DNA of 64,000 bases. Origin: an uncultured Colwellia sp. (lineage in GTDB: Bacteria > Pseudomonadota > Gammaproteobacteria > Enterobacterales > Alteromonadaceae). The notes under the pieces were generated by a model. The model was given only the letters and a program-made list of their open reading frames with translations. It did not search any database and was not told the DNA's origin. Positions 36,824 to 46,393 of this stretch are shown piece after piece. The stretch lies in the NCBI GenBank assembly GCA_913058405.1, contig CAJXRC010000002.1, forward strand, positions 2,932 to 66,931, read 5' to 3'. The position numbers and the translations under genes are program-made. Every line of letters begins with the position of its first letter. Positions within the stretch are counted from its first letter, which is position 1.

Positions 36824-38554
36824 TTATAAAAATAACGCCAAACGTGTATTAAAGCCGCTAGATCTACCTTGTAAATTACACGCTTCAGAGATAAAACTAC
36901 AACGGTTTAAGTCAATCCAGCGGTAGTTGAAATTGAGGTTAAATTTTGGTGTTAACCACCAAGCAAAACCAACAGATAATATCGAGGTATCTCCGGCAGC
37001 TAAACCACCGTCACTGCCGTCAAATACCGACCAACGAGTACTGACTTCTAATGCACCCCAGCCACCTTGTTCAACACTGCGTGCAACGCGTAAAGGAGAG
37101 AAGGTGCCACTTCGCTTGTTGTATTCACGCATTTCACCGGTTACTGAGAATACGGCGCTAATGTGGTATCCTGAAAGCTCTGGGTTTTGTAGATAATCAG
37201 CCGCAACTTTACTTTTAGTATATTCACCAATCACCCAAACGGGACCTTTCCGCCAAGCTGCTTCAAGGTTATAAGTAACACTGTTATCAGCATCAATGTC
37301 TCCGGTATCGACAAAAGTAGATGATTTGTTAAATTCAGGTTCAGAAGCGTATCTTAATCCTTCCTTTGCATTACTGTAGCGTAGACCAAAAGCCAGATGG
37401 ATTAACTCATCTTCATCTTCTGACTGGTAAGGTAACCAAGTTGTTCGTCCCACTAGTTCTGTGGAGTTTTCGCTGAGTGAACCTTCGTCCTCTATCCAGT
37501 TATTAAACACACCGCCTGCCCAAGTTAGCTTTTGATTAAGTGTTATGCCACTTAAGACAGCACCAAAGTTACGTGAGGGCAGTAATGCATCAGAAACCAA
37601 GGCGCGTTCCTGCATAGGTAGAAAAGTCATACTCATGAGCCTTTCCATAGAAATAGGTTCTTTTTGCTTACCGATGCTGAGGGTAGTGTTATAAAAGGTC
37701 GGGATATCGAGACGCCAATCCATAAAACTAACATTATCTGTAGTGTTGGTGTCAAAACCCTTATCAAAGGTATTGGTTGCTCCTGTGATCATATAAATCC
37801 AGGGTTTATCAAATTTTATCGCCCCGGCGAGCCCAAAACGTAGCGCCCGAATTTCACCACCATTAAAATCTTGTAAATCTCCCACTTGCGCTAAGCTAGC
37901 TTCATCTTGCGACTCCCAACTTTGCCTATCTAAAGCCAGTGCTCCGATTAATATGGTAGAAAAATAATCATTATCAAACTTTATCCAATCTGCATCCTTA
38001 TAATTACTGGGTAATACGATTGGCGGCGGAGTATAAGATAGCCAGCCTGTACGTTTGGGTTTTACTCTTTTTTGTTCTGCGATAGCTGAAATATTGCTTT
38101 CAGCTCTGAGGTTATTTCGAATAATTACGCCGTTATGAATGGCGAGCAGTACATGTTTTTTAGTGTCGAGTAAGGCCTCAATATTCTCATGTGGGTTAGC
38201 ATCTAAAATTAGAAAGTTGGCAGTTTCCCCCGACTCTAGTGAGCCGAGAATAAAGCCACTTTGGGCATCAAAAATGATATCGCCATGGCCAACGTCAATG
38301 TCATCTTGCGTGACAAGGTCGAATAATTTATTCGTGATGACTAAGTTAGCGGTAGTGCTCTTATTTTTTTTTGCAGGGTCAACAAAGGTGATATTTCGGA
38401 TCACGATTTTTTGTTCAACTACCTCTGGAGCATTCGCTACATATTCTTCTGAAACTTGTTCGGCTTGGCAAATAGACAACTGAGTTAATGTAAGGATGAC
38501 TACTGAAAGAGTTGTCCAGATCATGGTGAATATATTTTTTTTTATTTTCATCAT
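36824..38554 (-). CDS. OprO/OprP-family porin with an N-terminal amidohydrolase composite-domain fusion
   Basis: Porin motifs GKQKEPISME, MQER, GEMREY...G.F, GWGALEVSTRWS and WWLTP. Residues ~49-148 resemble the amidohydrolase small beta-domain. Confidence 0.82.
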   Translation of the reverse strand: MMKIKKNIFTMIWTTLSVVILTLTQLSICQAEQVSEEYVANAPEVVEQKIVIRNITFVDPAKKNKSTTANLVITNKLFDLVTQDDIDVGHGDIIFDAQSGFILGSLESGETANFLILDANPHENIEALLDTKKHVLLAIHNGVIIRNNLRAESNISAIAEQKRVKPKRTGWLSYTPPPIVLPSNYKDADWIKFDNDYFSTILIGALALDRQSWESQDEASLAQVGDLQDFNGGEIRALRFGLAGAIKFDKPWIYMITGATNTFDKGFDTNTTDNVSFMDWRLDIPTFYNTTLSIGKQKEPISMERLMSMTFLPMQERALVSDALLPSRNFGAVLSGITLNQKLTWAGGVFNNWIEDEGSLSENSTELVGRTTWLPYQSEDEDELIHLAFGLRYSNAKEGLRYASEPEFNKSSTFVDTGDIDADNSVTYNLEAAWRKGPVWVIGEYTKSKVAADYLQNPELSGYHISAVFSVTGEMREYNKRSGTFSPLRVARSVEQGGWGALEVSTRWSVFDGSDGGLAAGDTSILSVGFAWWLTPKFNLNFNYRWIDLNRCSFISEACNLQGRSSGFNTRLALFL

Positions 38555-38764
38555 GGCCCTATTTTTATCAATTGAATGACAACAAGTGCTAAAATGTGCT
38601 GGGTCATGTTTCTAATTTATGACTCAACACAAATTAATTAAGTTATTTCATTATTGATAATATTCTAGACTACATTGTGAACCTAGGCCTCAATCCATGA
38701 TGAATATTGCCTTATTTTCAGTGACTTTTGTTTGTGCTGACAATTTCATTGTCTATTGTTGTCG

Positions 38765-39061
38765 CTAAATTGTCGTTAAACTGGCAAGTTCTTCAGAAAA
38801 CAAATCAGTTAAAAAAATGAGTGCAGGAAAAACATGGAAGTAACTTCGCATAAAAAATTGAATTGTTTCATTCGCATGATTTAACTCCATGAAATAATCC
38901 ATAATGCGTCTGCCCTTATACGCTATAGAACAACAAATAATAGCGGTAATGGCTAAGCTCGGTTCGGCTGTTTCGGCAACAAAAGCATTAGCAGAAGTAA
39001 TAATCATCAATAACACCCAAGAGATATCTAATGCATTCAGTGTGAAGAGGTTCTTTATCAT
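38765..39061 (-). CDS. Cytochrome c oxidase subunit IV family (NorF-like) membrane protein
   Basis: 98 aa, hydrophobic, K...I..YFMEL motif; follows a Cox3/NorE-like gene. Confidence 0.75.
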   Translation of the reverse strand: MIKNLFTLNALDISWVLLMIITSANAFVAETAEPSLAITAIICCSIAYKGRRIMDYFMELNHANETIQFFMRSYFHVFPALIFLTDLFSEELASLTTI

Positions 39062-39070
39062 GAGTGTTCC

Positions 39071-39691
39071 TTATCGAAGTACATATAACAGTGGAAAAAT
39101 AATCACCCAAGCTAAGTCGACCATATGCCAATAACAAGCAATGGCGGTTAAACCAATATGATTTTTCTTGGTATATCGACCAACTTTGAGCTGGTGAATA
39201 GCCCAGAGTAAGCTACCGCTTGCCCAACCAACATGTAATAAATGGTTAAAGGTCATGTAGTAATACATTGTGTAGAATTTACTGGTATTGGTTACAATGC
39301 CTTGATCAACATTCCAGTGATATTCCCAAACTTTAATCACTAGATAAATACAGCCACAAGACACTGCTCGCCATAGCCATTTTATACTTTGCTCAGGGTC
39401 ATCCATACGAATAGATGCCAATGCTTTGGCAACAAAATAGCTACTAGTGATTAAGGCAAACGTGTTTAAGGTGCCAGCTAACGTGTTTAACTGTTGCGGC
39501 CCTTGGTTAAATTGTTCTGGGTAGTGTGCTTTGGCAATGAAGTACACTAAAAAAAATAGAGCAAACTCAGTCATTTCGGCAAATATACCTACCCAAATTG
39601 CTCGGTTACCGGGTATTTTATTGAGTGTTTCAGGCTCTTTAGTGACTGAACCACTGCCGTTTAGATTAAAACCTGTTGCTGTAATAGTCAT
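39071..39691 (-). CDS. Cytochrome c oxidase subunit III family protein (NorE-like)
   Basis: PGN.AIWV.I..E..EF, NT..LITSSYF, YYYMT.NH.LHV, YWHMVDLAW.IIFP.LY. Confidence 0.85.
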   Translation of the reverse strand: MTITATGFNLNGSGSVTKEPETLNKIPGNRAIWVGIFAEMTEFALFFLVYFIAKAHYPEQFNQGPQQLNTLAGTLNTFALITSSYFVAKALASIRMDDPEQSIKWLWRAVSCGCIYLVIKVWEYHWNVDQGIVTNTSKFYTMYYYMTFNHLLHVGWASGSLLWAIHQLKVGRYTKKNHIGLTAIACYWHMVDLAWVIIFPLLYVLR

Positions 39692-39770
39692 ATAATTCCT
39701 TACTCGTAGACAGGGGCAAACTAAGCCATCACTTGTCCTTAGGAGTGAAGTTAATAATTCATGGTTGTTT

Positions 39771-39805
39771 ACAAAAAGCGACTCGCCTAAGCCGCTTTAT
39801 TGTAA
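39771..39805 (-). terminator. Intrinsic terminator/stem-loop after ccoG
   Basis: Minus strand reads AAAGCGGCTT-AGGC-GAGTCGCTTT-TTGT. Confidence 0.55.
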
Positions 39806-39814
39806 TTTCATTAA

Positions 39815-41197
39815 TTAGTTACGAAAGAACACTGTATTCTTTTGCACTAAAATATTTGGTTGTTCGACTGCTTGGATGATGAAATCAAAGTTAGTGATTT
39901 TTTTCTCAAGCTGATAACCATCTAACGCAATGGTGACAGGGATCTCTTCCATCACTCCGGCGCCAATGCGTACATTTTCAGGCAGGTTTATTTTCGTGTC
40001 GCTTAAATTCTTAACCTTGATATTAAAGTGCAAAGGTTGCTGCGTTTTATTCAGAATTTTTAAGGTATAGGTGTTTTCAACTATGCCTTCATAATTAACA
40101 CGGAACAGTGCAGTTCTATCACGAATAATATTCGCTTCTAACGGAATTCTGCTATCTATCCAAATGCCTAATAACAGGATAAACATCAAAGTTAAACCCG
40201 CGTAAGAAACGAGTTTCAAATTAAATCGGCTACTTTCTTTGCCAGCGAGCTGTTGTTCGCTGGTATATCTAATCAAACCTTTAGGGTAGTTAAACTTCTC
40301 CATGGTTTGATCACATGCATCAATACATAGTCCACAGTTAATACACTCGTACTGAATTCCGTTACGGATATCTATTCCTGCTGGGCAAACATCGACACAT
40401 AAATTACAGTCGACACAATCACCTAGACCAAGGGCTTTGGGATCATCTTTGCGTTTACGTGGGGCTCTATTTTCACCACGTTTAGCATCATAGGCAACCA
40501 AGAGTGTATTTTTATCAAACATGGCTGACTGAAAACGTGAGTAAGGGCATAAATGAATGCAAACATGTTCTCTCATCCAACCTGCATTACCGTAAGTCGC
40601 TAAGGCAAAAAATAGTACCCAAAAAGTGACCGCACCGCTCCAGTCGAACGTTAGCATAGTGCTATATAACTCACTGACAGGAACGAAGTATGAGATAAAG
40701 GTTGTCGCAGTAAATAACGACATCAATTGCCAAATGATATGTTTAAGTGTTTTTTTGTAAGCTTTACTCAGGGTCCATGGGGCTTTATCTAGAGCCATTC
40801 GTTTGTTGCGAGTACCCTCAATTCTGTGCTCAACCCAAACATAGGCGAGTGTCCAAACAGTTTGTGGGCAAACATAGCCACACCAAACGCGTCCGAGCCA
40901 AGTAGTGACAAAAAACAGTGCAAAAGCTGCCACCATAAGAATACCAGCGAGTAAGATAAAATCTTGTGGCCAGAAAGTGAGGTTAAAAATTCTAAACTCT
41001 TGTTTCACTACATCCAGTAAAACGGCTTGTTGATCGTTAAATTGCACAAAAGGCAAGGCAATAAAAGCCAACATAAGTAGCCAGTTAATATAACGACGTA
41101 TTTTTTGATAGAAGCCTTTTTGCTCTCTCACATACACAGATGTTTGAGATTTATATGGCTTAATAATGAGGTGCTCTTCTTTGATATCAAACTTCAT
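39815..41197 (-). CDS. ccoG: CcoG/FixG 4Fe-4S membrane protein (oxidase accessory, cupric-reductase family)
   Basis: GRVWCGYVCPQT, C.HLCPY.RFQS, CVDCNLCVDVCP, CINCGLCIDAC, and a FixG C-terminal Ig-like domain. Confidence 0.93.
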   Translation of the reverse strand: MKFDIKEEHLIIKPYKSQTSVYVREQKGFYQKIRRYINWLLMLAFIALPFVQFNDQQAVLLDVVKQEFRIFNLTFWPQDFILLAGILMVAAFALFFVTTWLGRVWCGYVCPQTVWTLAYVWVEHRIEGTRNKRMALDKAPWTLSKAYKKTLKHIIWQLMSLFTATTFISYFVPVSELYSTMLTFDWSGAVTFWVLFFALATYGNAGWMREHVCIHLCPYSRFQSAMFDKNTLLVAYDAKRGENRAPRKRKDDPKALGLGDCVDCNLCVDVCPAGIDIRNGIQYECINCGLCIDACDQTMEKFNYPKGLIRYTSEQQLAGKESSRFNLKLVSYAGLTLMFILLLGIWIDSRIPLEANIIRDRTALFRVNYEGIVENTYTLKILNKTQQPLHFNIKVKNLSDTKINLPENVRIGAGVMEEIPVTIALDGYQLEKKITNFDFIIQAVEQPNILVQKNTVFFRN

Positions 41198-41234
41198 AAA
41201 TTACTACAGGGTCATAATTAAGTAATTACTCTAT

Positions 41235-41250
41235 ATCAATAATCACGCCA
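41235..41250 (-). promoter_or_regulatory. Sigma54-like promoter of ccoG
   Basis: Minus strand TGGCGTGATTATTGAT has GG-N10-GA; the -12 GC is replaced by GA. Confidence 0.55.
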
Positions 41251-41313
41251 CAAAGTTACTTAATTAAGCTATTGTATTTAATGGATAAAATAAAGAAGGG
41301 AATTGTGTGATAG

Positions 41314-41345
41314 CACGATATATCGTGTTGGCGCGATATATCGTG
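41314..41345. promoter_or_regulatory. Tandem palindromic enhancer sites
   Basis: CACGATATATCGTG (41314-41327) and CGCGATATATCGTG (41332-41345). Confidence 0.75.
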
Positions 41346-41378
41346 TATTTTTGGGGGTTATTGACAAAGGAGACAGGT

Positions 41379-42803
41379 TTAGCTTCGCTGTATTTTTAGC
41401 TTTATCATTCGCGATCGTAGTGTGCTATCAGGTAAGCCAAGTATTTTTGCTGCACCATTTTTACCACCAATTCGCCAGTTACAGTCGTTGAGTACTTCAA
41501 TGATGTAGGCTTTTTCAATGTCGGCCAAGGGTTTGTTAAATGAGCGAACAACAGATTGTGATTTATCAAATTTTTGTTGGATATGCAAAGTTGTTGAGGT
41601 GGTTAAAATAACCTCACGCTCAAGAATATTTTGCAGCTCTCTAATATTCCCAGGCCAATGATAACTTGCCAACTTGTTTAAGCTATGTTTACTTATGCTT
41701 TTGATATCTTTATTAAGTTTAGTATTGAGTTGGGCTAAAATACTGTGACAAAGTAAAGGGATATCTTCTATTCTCTCTCTTAATGCAGGCATAACAATAG
41801 GGAATACATTCAAGCGATAATACAAGTCCATTCTAAACTTACCTTGCTCAACCATGGCAAGTAAATCTTGGTTGGTAGCGGCAATAATACGAATATCTAC
41901 CTTTATCGTTTTACTACCACCCACACGCTCAAATTCACGCTCCTGTAAAACACGTAACAATTTACTTTGTGCGTCGGGAGAAAGCTCACCTATCTCATCT
42001 AAAAATAATGTGCCTTTATCGGCAAGTTCGAAACGGCCCCGTCTTTTTTCACTTGCGCCGGTAAATGCGCCCTTTTCGTGACCAAAAAGTTCAGACTCGA
42101 GTAAATTTGATGAGAAGGCTGCGCAGTTCACTTTGACTAAAGGGGTATTGTGACGCTGACTCAATTGGTGCAAATTACGTGCGACAAGCTCTTTACCTGT
42201 TCCATTTTCACCTAAGATAAGTACGGTACTGTCTGTTTGAGCAACCAGTTTTATTTGCTGTAACATGGCTAAAAATTTTGGACTGTTCCCTTCTAATCCT
42301 GAACCATGCCAATTTTCATTTATTTCTTCTTGCAAATAGCTATTTTCCGCCTGCAGTTTTTCGGTGAGGTCTTGTACTTTTTTCAAGGCCGCTCGTAAAT
42401 TGCTATCGGCTAGTCTTTGTTGGCTAACATCACGGAAAACAGCAACTGCACCTATGAGCTCCCCGTCTTTAAATACGGGGGTTGAGGTATATTCTACAGG
42501 GAAGCTTGAACCATCTTTTCGCCAAAATACTTCATCGGTAATTTTACGTTCTACTCCGTCACGCATGGTATTATAAATACTGCACTCTTCACTGGGATAT
42601 ACTTCACCATTAGCGTAGGTATGATGATGATATTTATGGATATTTTTACCTAGTAATTCTTCAGATTTCCAACCGGTCATTTGCTCCGAGGCTGGATTTA
42701 CAAACACAGCATTCCCGTCTCTATCAAAACCGTAAACACCTTCACCAACGGCATTGAGAAGTAGTTGTGAGTCAGCTAAAAATTCTTTTATATTTACGGG
42801 CAT
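41379..42803 (-). CDS. PAS-domain sigma54-dependent transcriptional activator (bEBP)
   Basis: N-terminal PAS/PAC (FWRKDGSSFPVEY), GENGTGKE, ESELFGHEKGAFTGA, FLDEIGE, WPGNIREL, Fis-type HTH. Start set at ATG 42803 (RBS AAGG). Confidence 0.93.
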   Translation of the reverse strand: MPVNIKEFLADSQLLLNAVGEGVYGFDRDGNAVFVNPASEQMTGWKSEELLGKNIHKYHHHTYANGEVYPSEECSIYNTMRDGVERKITDEVFWRKDGSSFPVEYTSTPVFKDGELIGAVAVFRDVSQQRLADSNLRAALKKVQDLTEKLQAENSYLQEEINENWHGSGLEGNSPKFLAMLQQIKLVAQTDSTVLILGENGTGKELVARNLHQLSQRHNTPLVKVNCAAFSSNLLESELFGHEKGAFTGASEKRRGRFELADKGTLFLDEIGELSPDAQSKLLRVLQEREFERVGGSKTIKVDIRIIAATNQDLLAMVEQGKFRMDLYYRLNVFPIVMPALRERIEDIPLLCHSILAQLNTKLNKDIKSISKHSLNKLASYHWPGNIRELQNILEREVILTTSTTLHIQQKFDKSQSVVRSFNKPLADIEKAYIIEVLNDCNWRIGGKNGAAKILGLPDSTLRSRMIKLKIQRS

Positions 42804-42833
42804 ACCTTGATTTCTCTTGATAAAAAGCAGATG

Positions 42834-42847
42834 CACGACATATCGTG
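42834..42847. promoter_or_regulatory. Third copy of the palindrome, probably autoregulatory
   Basis: CACGACATATCGTG (13/14 match), 30 bp upstream of the activator start codon. Confidence 0.7.
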
Positions 42848-43167
42848 GCGTGGTGGTAGCTTATCAGGTATAAGGAAAAAAATCTGGCGGGAGATCAAGA
42901 AAGTGCTCGTATAACAGCGCGTCTTTAAAAAGAACTAGTATGCTTTTTCCTGTTTAGATGCAAATTTTAATTCAAGTATAAGCAATATGCAGGAAGTAAA
43001 AAATACTAAGTGAACAGGTAGTAATGGTAATACTAATATTCTGTTGAGTAGTATTTCCTTAGGCTGCGCAGTAGTCGCCGCACTAAAACGTTTTACTCTC
43101 TTTAAAAAAAGCGAACAAAATTTAACCCTGAGAGATCAACAGCCCTTAATTTTTTATCGACATTAAT

Positions 43168-43181
43168 TTGATTTAAATCAA
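43168..43181. promoter_or_regulatory. FNR/ANR/DNR box
   Basis: Perfect TTGAT-TTAA-ATCAA. TATATT at 43203-43208 gives class II (~-41.5) geometry on the plus strand. Confidence 0.72.
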
Positions 43182-43513
43182 TCATTTGTTAATTTATGCA
43201 TTTATATTACATATATCAGAAACACTATGATTTTTGAATTACATTCTTGTGTTCAAGTATTCTCGGTACTTAGCTAGTTAACCCTATTAAATAAAAAATA
43301 ATCTACCGCAGACTTTTAAATAATGGAGCATAATTCACAAAGTGGAGAGCTTCCTTTAATGACAAAAATAGCTGCTGTTGTTGATATTTTTATTAGGTTT
43401 ATCGAGGCAAAAATTAGATACCCTTCTCGTCATAAATTAACTATCAATAGGTAATTACGATGAAAACAGTAGAGTACAAGTGTTTCATCTTCCATCATTA
43501 AATAGATAAAAAA

Positions 43514-44770
43514 ATGACTAATAATAAACAGAATTCAATAAACAGCTTTGGTAATAATGTGGAAGCTATTGCCAAAAGTCCAGATACTAAAGAACAAGGT
43601 AGCAAGAGCCCAAACAGTGACGAGCGAAGAAAAAACTCAAAAGATTCAGCATTATTCAATTCTCATTTTACCGTCGACCGGCATGCGTTAAGTGATTTGA
43701 TCTCAACGAAATTACATTCAGACGATTTTATTGCCACGCGTACTAGTTACATCACTATTCGCCTCTGGTTTATGTGCATGTTTTTTGCTTTGTCTGTGCC
43801 CATATTTTCTGGCTTTGATTTTGTATTGTTTCCCAATAGCGAAGCGTTAGACCTTCTTGTTGCGCGAGTTGTCCTATCGTTATCATTATTTTCATTAGCG
43901 TACTTATTAAAAGTTCGTGCGCGGGTGAATACTGTGCGTTTAGTCATGCCGCTGGCTTTTTTAGCACCGATGATTTTTTATGTTGCCAGCATGATCATTG
44001 TTATTGACCTGCCTAAAGGTGAAATACCGAGTATTTTTGCCATGCTGCCTTATTTTATATTGGCTATGTTAGGTTTGTTTCCTTTAACAATTAGTGGTGG
44101 AGTTATTGTTGTTGTTTGTATTTTAATTCCTTTTATCAGCTACGAAATATTCTTTGTTCAGCAATCTATATGGTTACTTGTTAATAGCATTTGGCTATTT
44201 TTCTTATTTGCAGGCATAAGTTTATGGTTACAAGTGGGCCAACTATCTATGTTGATGAAGCTCTATAGAGAGTCAACAGTTGACCCTTTAACCAAGTTAA
44301 TTAATCGACGAGTATTATTAAGGTTGGCACAACGAAGTAATGAGGGTCATCAAGTTTACTCACTTATTATGTTTGATTTAGACCGCTTTAAGCGAATTAA
44401 TGATAATCATGGTCATGCGGTTGGTGACAGGGTACTTGTTAATGTCGCTAAAGTTATTCAAGAAGAACTACGAACGACAGACATTGTTGCACGTTTTGGT
44501 GGTGAGGAATTTGTCGCAGTGTTACCTAATATTGAACTTAGCGATGCTAAAAATATTGCGAATAGGGTTGCGTTAAGTATTAGCCGCCAATCAATTACAT
44601 TAGATGATGATGCCGAGCTTAAGATCACCTCAAGTGTTGGAGTTACCCAAAGACGACAAGGTGAAACATTAGATGAAACATTAAAGCGTGCTGATGACTT
44701 ACTCTATTTTGCAAAAAATAATGGACGAGACCAAGTGATTTGCGATGATGATTTCAGCCAAGCTGTTTAA
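43514..44770 (+). CDS. Membrane-bound diguanylate cyclase (GGEEF)
   Basis: Several TM helices, then DPLTKLINRR, DLDRFKRIND.HGH, RTTD I-site and RFGGEEF. Confidence 0.92.
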   Translation: MTNNKQNSINSFGNNVEAIAKSPDTKEQGSKSPNSDERRKNSKDSALFNSHFTVDRHALSDLISTKLHSDDFIATRTSYITIRLWFMCMFFALSVPIFSGFDFVLFPNSEALDLLVARVVLSLSLFSLAYLLKVRARVNTVRLVMPLAFLAPMIFYVASMIIVIDLPKGEIPSIFAMLPYFILAMLGLFPLTISGGVIVVVCILIPFISYEIFFVQQSIWLLVNSIWLFFLFAGISLWLQVGQLSMLMKLYRESTVDPLTKLINRRVLLRLAQRSNEGHQVYSLIMFDLDRFKRINDNHGHAVGDRVLVNVAKVIQEELRTTDIVARFGGEEFVAVLPNIELSDAKNIANRVALSISRQSITLDDDAELKITSSVGVTQRRQGETLDETLKRADDLLYFAKNNGRDQVICDDDFSQAV

Positions 44771-44784
44771 ATCTAAATACTGTG

Positions 44785-44824
44785 ATGATTCATCATTAAG
44801 GAATAACCCTTAATGATGAATCAT
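44785..44824. terminator. 17-bp stem-loop between convergent genes
   Basis: ATGATTCATCATTAAGG-AATAAC-CCTTAATGATGAATCAT. Confidence 0.6.
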
Positions 44825-44841
44825 GCCTTGAATTCGTCTCC

Positions 44842-44884
44842 TACCCGAGATCTGAAACATGTATTTTCAAGTCGTTTGGGTATA
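44842..44884. repeat. Collapsed ERIC/MITE remnant
   Basis: TACCCGAGATCTGAAA...TTTCAAGTCGTTTGGGTATA. The right end resembles the TTGAAGTTGCTTGGGTATA end of the 57510 element. Confidence 0.5.
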
Positions 44885-44932
44885 TAAGGAAACAGAGAAC
44901 TCAGCATCTTGTTGAGTTCTTTGTAATCGTTA

Positions 44933-45910
44933 TTACTGTTTATTTAAAGCTGATAATTCTTTTTTAGCTAAAAAATTATCCATTTTTGAACGTAAGAGTT
45001 TGTACAACAAAATAGAACCGTCTATTTCTTCTTTACGATTGGTTAAGCTCTCAATATTTAAACCTAACGGTAAATCATAGGGAAGTATCGAATCTAAGAT
45101 TTGTTGTAAACTATTGACACAAAACTGAATTGATTCATATAAAGGGCTCTGTGCGTTAAGAATACGTAAGCTGGTCGCCTCAGGAACATTAACACCTAAC
45201 CACTCAATAAATTCTAAGGTTTTTTCACTACCACAGGGAGAGAATGTTAAGATCAATCGTTGCGGTTTTACACCTTGTTTTTGACATTCAATAGCATAAC
45301 GGGTAAGTAAATCTATTGTTGCTTGTGGGTTGTATATCGCTTGCGAAATAAAGAAACTACAGCCCTGTTGGTGTTTCGCCATTAAGCGCTCATGTTCATT
45401 TTTATTGCTCGCATGACGCTCAGCAATTGTCACGCCACCAATAAAGAAATCATGCGGGTTATCTACCAGCGTTTTATAAGCATCAGCCAAAGATAAAGAT
45501 ATTTTATTATCCTTTGATGGACTGCCGACCAATACTACATCTTTTACGCCATACTTTTGCCACGCTTCGTTTGCCCATTCATTGAAATCATCGCTATTTG
45601 ATTGAACAACACTTTTATAAGTAATGACGGGGCGAGTTGATTTTTTATTCAATAAAGAAGAATAAAGTCGAGTATCATGAGTTGATTTAAACGGGAAAGG
45701 TCGAGGTTTGCTAATACGCGAATTTTCATCTTGAATGTCATAAACAATCAGGCCATCAAAGTCGATATCACTGACGCGATCAAGCAGTTTTTCCGCAATT
45801 TCGGTCACTTTATCAAGTGGGGTATCACTTTTAGGTGGCGTGGTACCAATAAAGTAGACGCCTCGATAAATATCATTGTACCTGGCTTGAAGCTCTGATT
45901 GTGTGCTCAA
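44933..45910 (-). CDS. Methylenetetrahydrofolate reductase-like (MetF-fold) flavoprotein
   Basis: TPPK, YDIQDE..R...RPFPF, GGV.IAERH, K..QGCSFFISQAIY, F..WLG; Met boxes upstream. Confidence 0.78.
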   Translation of the reverse strand: MSTQSELQARYNDIYRGVYFIGTTPPKSDTPLDKVTEIAEKLLDRVSDIDFDGLIVYDIQDENSRISKPRPFPFKSTHDTRLYSSLLNKKSTRPVITYKSVVQSNSDDFNEWANEAWQKYGVKDVVLVGSPSKDNKISLSLADAYKTLVDNPHDFFIGGVTIAERHASNKNEHERLMAKHQQGCSFFISQAIYNPQATIDLLTRYAIECQKQGVKPQRLILTFSPCGSEKTLEFIEWLGVNVPEATSLRILNAQSPLYESIQFCVNSLQQILDSILPYDLPLGLNIESLTNRKEEIDGSILLYKLLRSKMDNFLAKKELSALNKQ

Positions 45911-45931
45911 AATATTTCTCTTACTTTCTTT

Positions 45932-45947
45932 GGACGTTTAGATGGCT
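45932..45947. promoter_or_regulatory. Tandem MetJ (Met) boxes
   Basis: GGACGTTT-AGATGGCT, each 6/8 to AGACGTCT, about 20 bp upstream of the MetF-like start. Confidence 0.7.
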
Positions 45948-46393
45948 ATATGTTCTTTCAATTAGCTTCTTTTGTCAACCATTGAGTGCCGGATAAGTTG
46001 AAATATTATTCACTTTGTAGAAAAAGCGGATGTTTTTCATGCCCTAAAAATGTTGTTTTTTCTTTGTTTTAGTATTTAAATTCAGTGGATTAGTTTATTT
46101 ATATTGCCGAGACTTGTATGGACTCTCGCTGCAATCTTGAGTTAAAAAGCTAGCGATTTTAACTCTCTTATTTATGCTGAGATGCCCAATAGCAAGTTTA
46201 TAGGTTTAGATGAGAATAATATTAATAGAGCTTTGAATAGGGAGTTGATTTTATAAAGCTGGAAGAGGGCATTTCCAACTAAGTAGCAGGTTTACCTTTA
46301 AGATAATGCAGGAGTTAAATCTATCCCCCTACATTCACTTAAATTAATAGCCTATTCTCTGCGTTTTCAGATGCATCTTAGTGACAGAGAATC

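Noticed and set aside
39712..39730. Possible sigma54 promoter for the norE-like gene (TGGCTTAGTTTGC on the minus strand)
   Set aside because: The spacing is GG-N8-GC rather than the required N10.
42804..42836. N-terminal extension of the PAS activator
   Set aside because: It overlaps the palindromic operator; ATG 42803 has a better RBS.
42850..43513. c-di-GMP riboswitch upstream of the diguanylate cyclase
   Set aside because: No GEMM-type two-hairpin core could be found.
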